Part shown: positions 61,901 to 64,000 of the stretch, in pieces
Layout of the letters: the number at the start of each line of letters is the position of its first letter
Numbering within the stretch: the stretch's first letter is position 1
NCBI RefSeq assembly: GCF_009834535.1
Contig: NC_045697.1
Coordinates: 103,852,001 to 103,916,000 of the forward strand
Source of the DNA: Camelus ferus
Lineage: Eukaryota
DNA length: 64,000 bases
Direction of reading: 5' to 3'
Made by a program: the position numbers and the translations under genes
Notes under the pieces: model-generated
Seen by the model: the letters and a program-made list of their open reading frames with translations, nothing else
What the model was told of the DNA's origin: nothing
Database searches by the model: none

Positions 61901-64000
61901 GCTATTAGGTATCAGTTACTGCAAGATAAAATGATTTAATCAGTCTAGGAGAAATCTCTCTAAAACTCAACCCCTCATCTTTCCATTTTCCCCTCCCCTG
62001 TGCCCTTCTCATTACTTTCATCTCTCAAATGGCTTGGATGAGGAAATCTTAGAAGCTGGTGTCACTGGTAGAAATAGCTCCCTTATTGAGGCAGGATTTC
62101 TATATTAATTTTAACACTGCTCATGAGTTGCTTATAAAAAAATCCCCTCCCCAGAACATATTTATCTTGTGTGTTTAAGGCAGAGAAAACTGCTATGAGA
62201 TGAAGTAATGCTTTACTTTCCTGCAGCAGAAAGTTTGAGCTTTTGTTTGTAACTCATAATAAACAAGCCATTGACAAGCGAGAGTTAGCTGGTTTTTCAG
62301 GTTTGGCAAACTCACTCTTACACAAACTCTTTTCCCTTGTTCAGGAAAGGATGCTATTCCTAAAACTGCAGCCAGATGCAGCTCGAAGCAATCCCAGTGT
62401 TACACATGGCATTTGGGCTGGCGGATGCCAAGTAGATGTGATAAAGCAGAAACTGGACACAGGCGACACATCTTAGGGTAACTCCTCTTCAGGCTTCCTA
62501 AGACCCATCAGAGCAGAAATAGGCTAGAAGATAATGCATTTTAAGAATCAATCCCCAAACCCTTTTATGCACTCTGAGATTCAACACTTACAATGTGGGA
62601 AGCATAGAAGGGGGGGGGGAACAAACAAAGCTACCAATGTCTCTTCCACTTTAAATTGGGTAGGCATTAAGAGTTCCTCCAATCTTTCCTATCTGAACTC
62701 CTTCTGCCCTCATGCTCATTTCTACTCTCCTTCTTCCCACCTCACCATTTCCATCATAATTTCCCCCAGCTCCTCCTCCTCACTTTCCTTCTCCCAACCA
62801 TTTCTTCTTCCCGGCACGTTCTTGTAGAACCTGAATTGTGTGCAAAGCTATGAACAAGATCTCAGGCAATTTCACAGTGAGAGGATTCTAAAAAGTGATC
62901 AATAGATCTTAGATCCCAGTAAAGTTGACTGTGTCTTTGAAGATGCTTTGGGGATATGTGGCTAGGGGGCATATAACACAGATTTGGGTCCCAATGAAAT
63001 ATGTAAAATTGTGGCTGTTCTCGGCAGCTCGGTGGGTATGAGGTATAGGTCTAAGGGAGACATCTGGATGCTCTTCTTTTGTGAACATCTTTAACCACAT
63101 GGAGGAGATGCCAAGGACATTTTTACCCTTTTGGTTGAAGAAGAAGCACACATCGACTTTAGAAGCTATCTTATTTAACCACCTAAACACACCGACTTTT
63201 AGATGGAAATGCCATCAGTTGTCTCTGCCCAGTTCTGTTGTAGATCTATTAATCATATCCGCAAGGATTGCCAAAACGGCAGGGCTCTCTTCGCTTTTCA
63301 GTTTATACAGAACAGAATCATTTACATAAAGTCCTTAAGGCAAATAACTGTTGGGGCTCTAATTTATATCTGATCGAAAATTAGCCGTCATTATGCGCTC
63401 CATTAGCAGCGTCTTTAATGTGCTTCTAAGCACCATTTGTCAAGCGGCTTGTTAATATCCTTCAAGTCTTTAAAGTTGAGAGCTCATTAAAGAGTGCGCT
63501 CTGTTATTGATGTAATTTAGATGAGTTTGGAAGAGCAAGTACACCATGCCTTGAATGGGCAACCTCCAGAAGCCAGGGCAAGGGGGTATGTGGTGCCCAA
63601 GTTCAGGGTTAATGATTTCCCAGAAGCCTTTGTGCTTCCTTGACAGAAGATCTCTGGGTCCTGCAAGGTGTTTTTGAAGCCCCCCTCCCTGACCTGGGTG
63701 TAAGACACTCATTTCTCTGGAAAAGCCTATGTTTGTCTTCAATGTTTCATGTTTTTCTCATCAATTCACTGAACGCTTATGAGAAAGAGTGGGGAGTATG
63801 AAAAAGTGGGCTCTACTCTAAAATCCTTGATCAGAGAATTGATCAGTTTTCTTTTCTTTCCCTTTTGCCATCCCGCACTTAGTCCCTCGTTGTTTGCTTC
63901 CTGAGGTCTGCCCTTTATTCCACAGGGTGGAGGAAGTAAATATCCATTGAGAAAACTATAGGCCTAAAGACAGAGATACTGCCCTTGAACCTATTTGGAC

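Noticed and set aside
1..64000. CRISPR array, operon, intact retroelement or exons of neighbouring genes
   Set aside because: No regularly spaced repeats, no long intact L1/ERV ORF, and no recognisable exon other than POU4F2.

Overview
Mammalian genomic DNA, most likely camelid (inferred from nine copies of a tRNA-Ala-like SINE resembling vic-1). It contains one protein-coding gene: POU4F2 (Brn3b), + strand, two exons (CDS 49405-49689 joined to 50160-51101, 408 aa), with a ~1.7 kb 3' UTR. The first ~40 kb are intergenic and rich in retroelements (SINEs, L1 fragments including three inverted insertions, L2, MIR, solo LTRs, a tailless 5S rRNA retropseudogene, and a TSD-flanked insert of unrecognised sequence). 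From ~40 kb to the end I see no young transposons, only CpG islands and homeodomain-motif clusters. I found no evidence of a new multi-gene system. The best leads are: (1) the POU4F2 intron is almost entirely open in the exon-2 frame, with an in-frame cryptic acceptor and a (TTA)17 poly-Leu tract; (2) two strong REST/RE1 sites bracket the gene; (3) a candidate orphan retrotransposed sequence with a perfect 17-bp TSD; (4) candidate enhancers. Repeat boundaries are by eye and approximate; repeat family names and reference sequences are from memory, not from a search.
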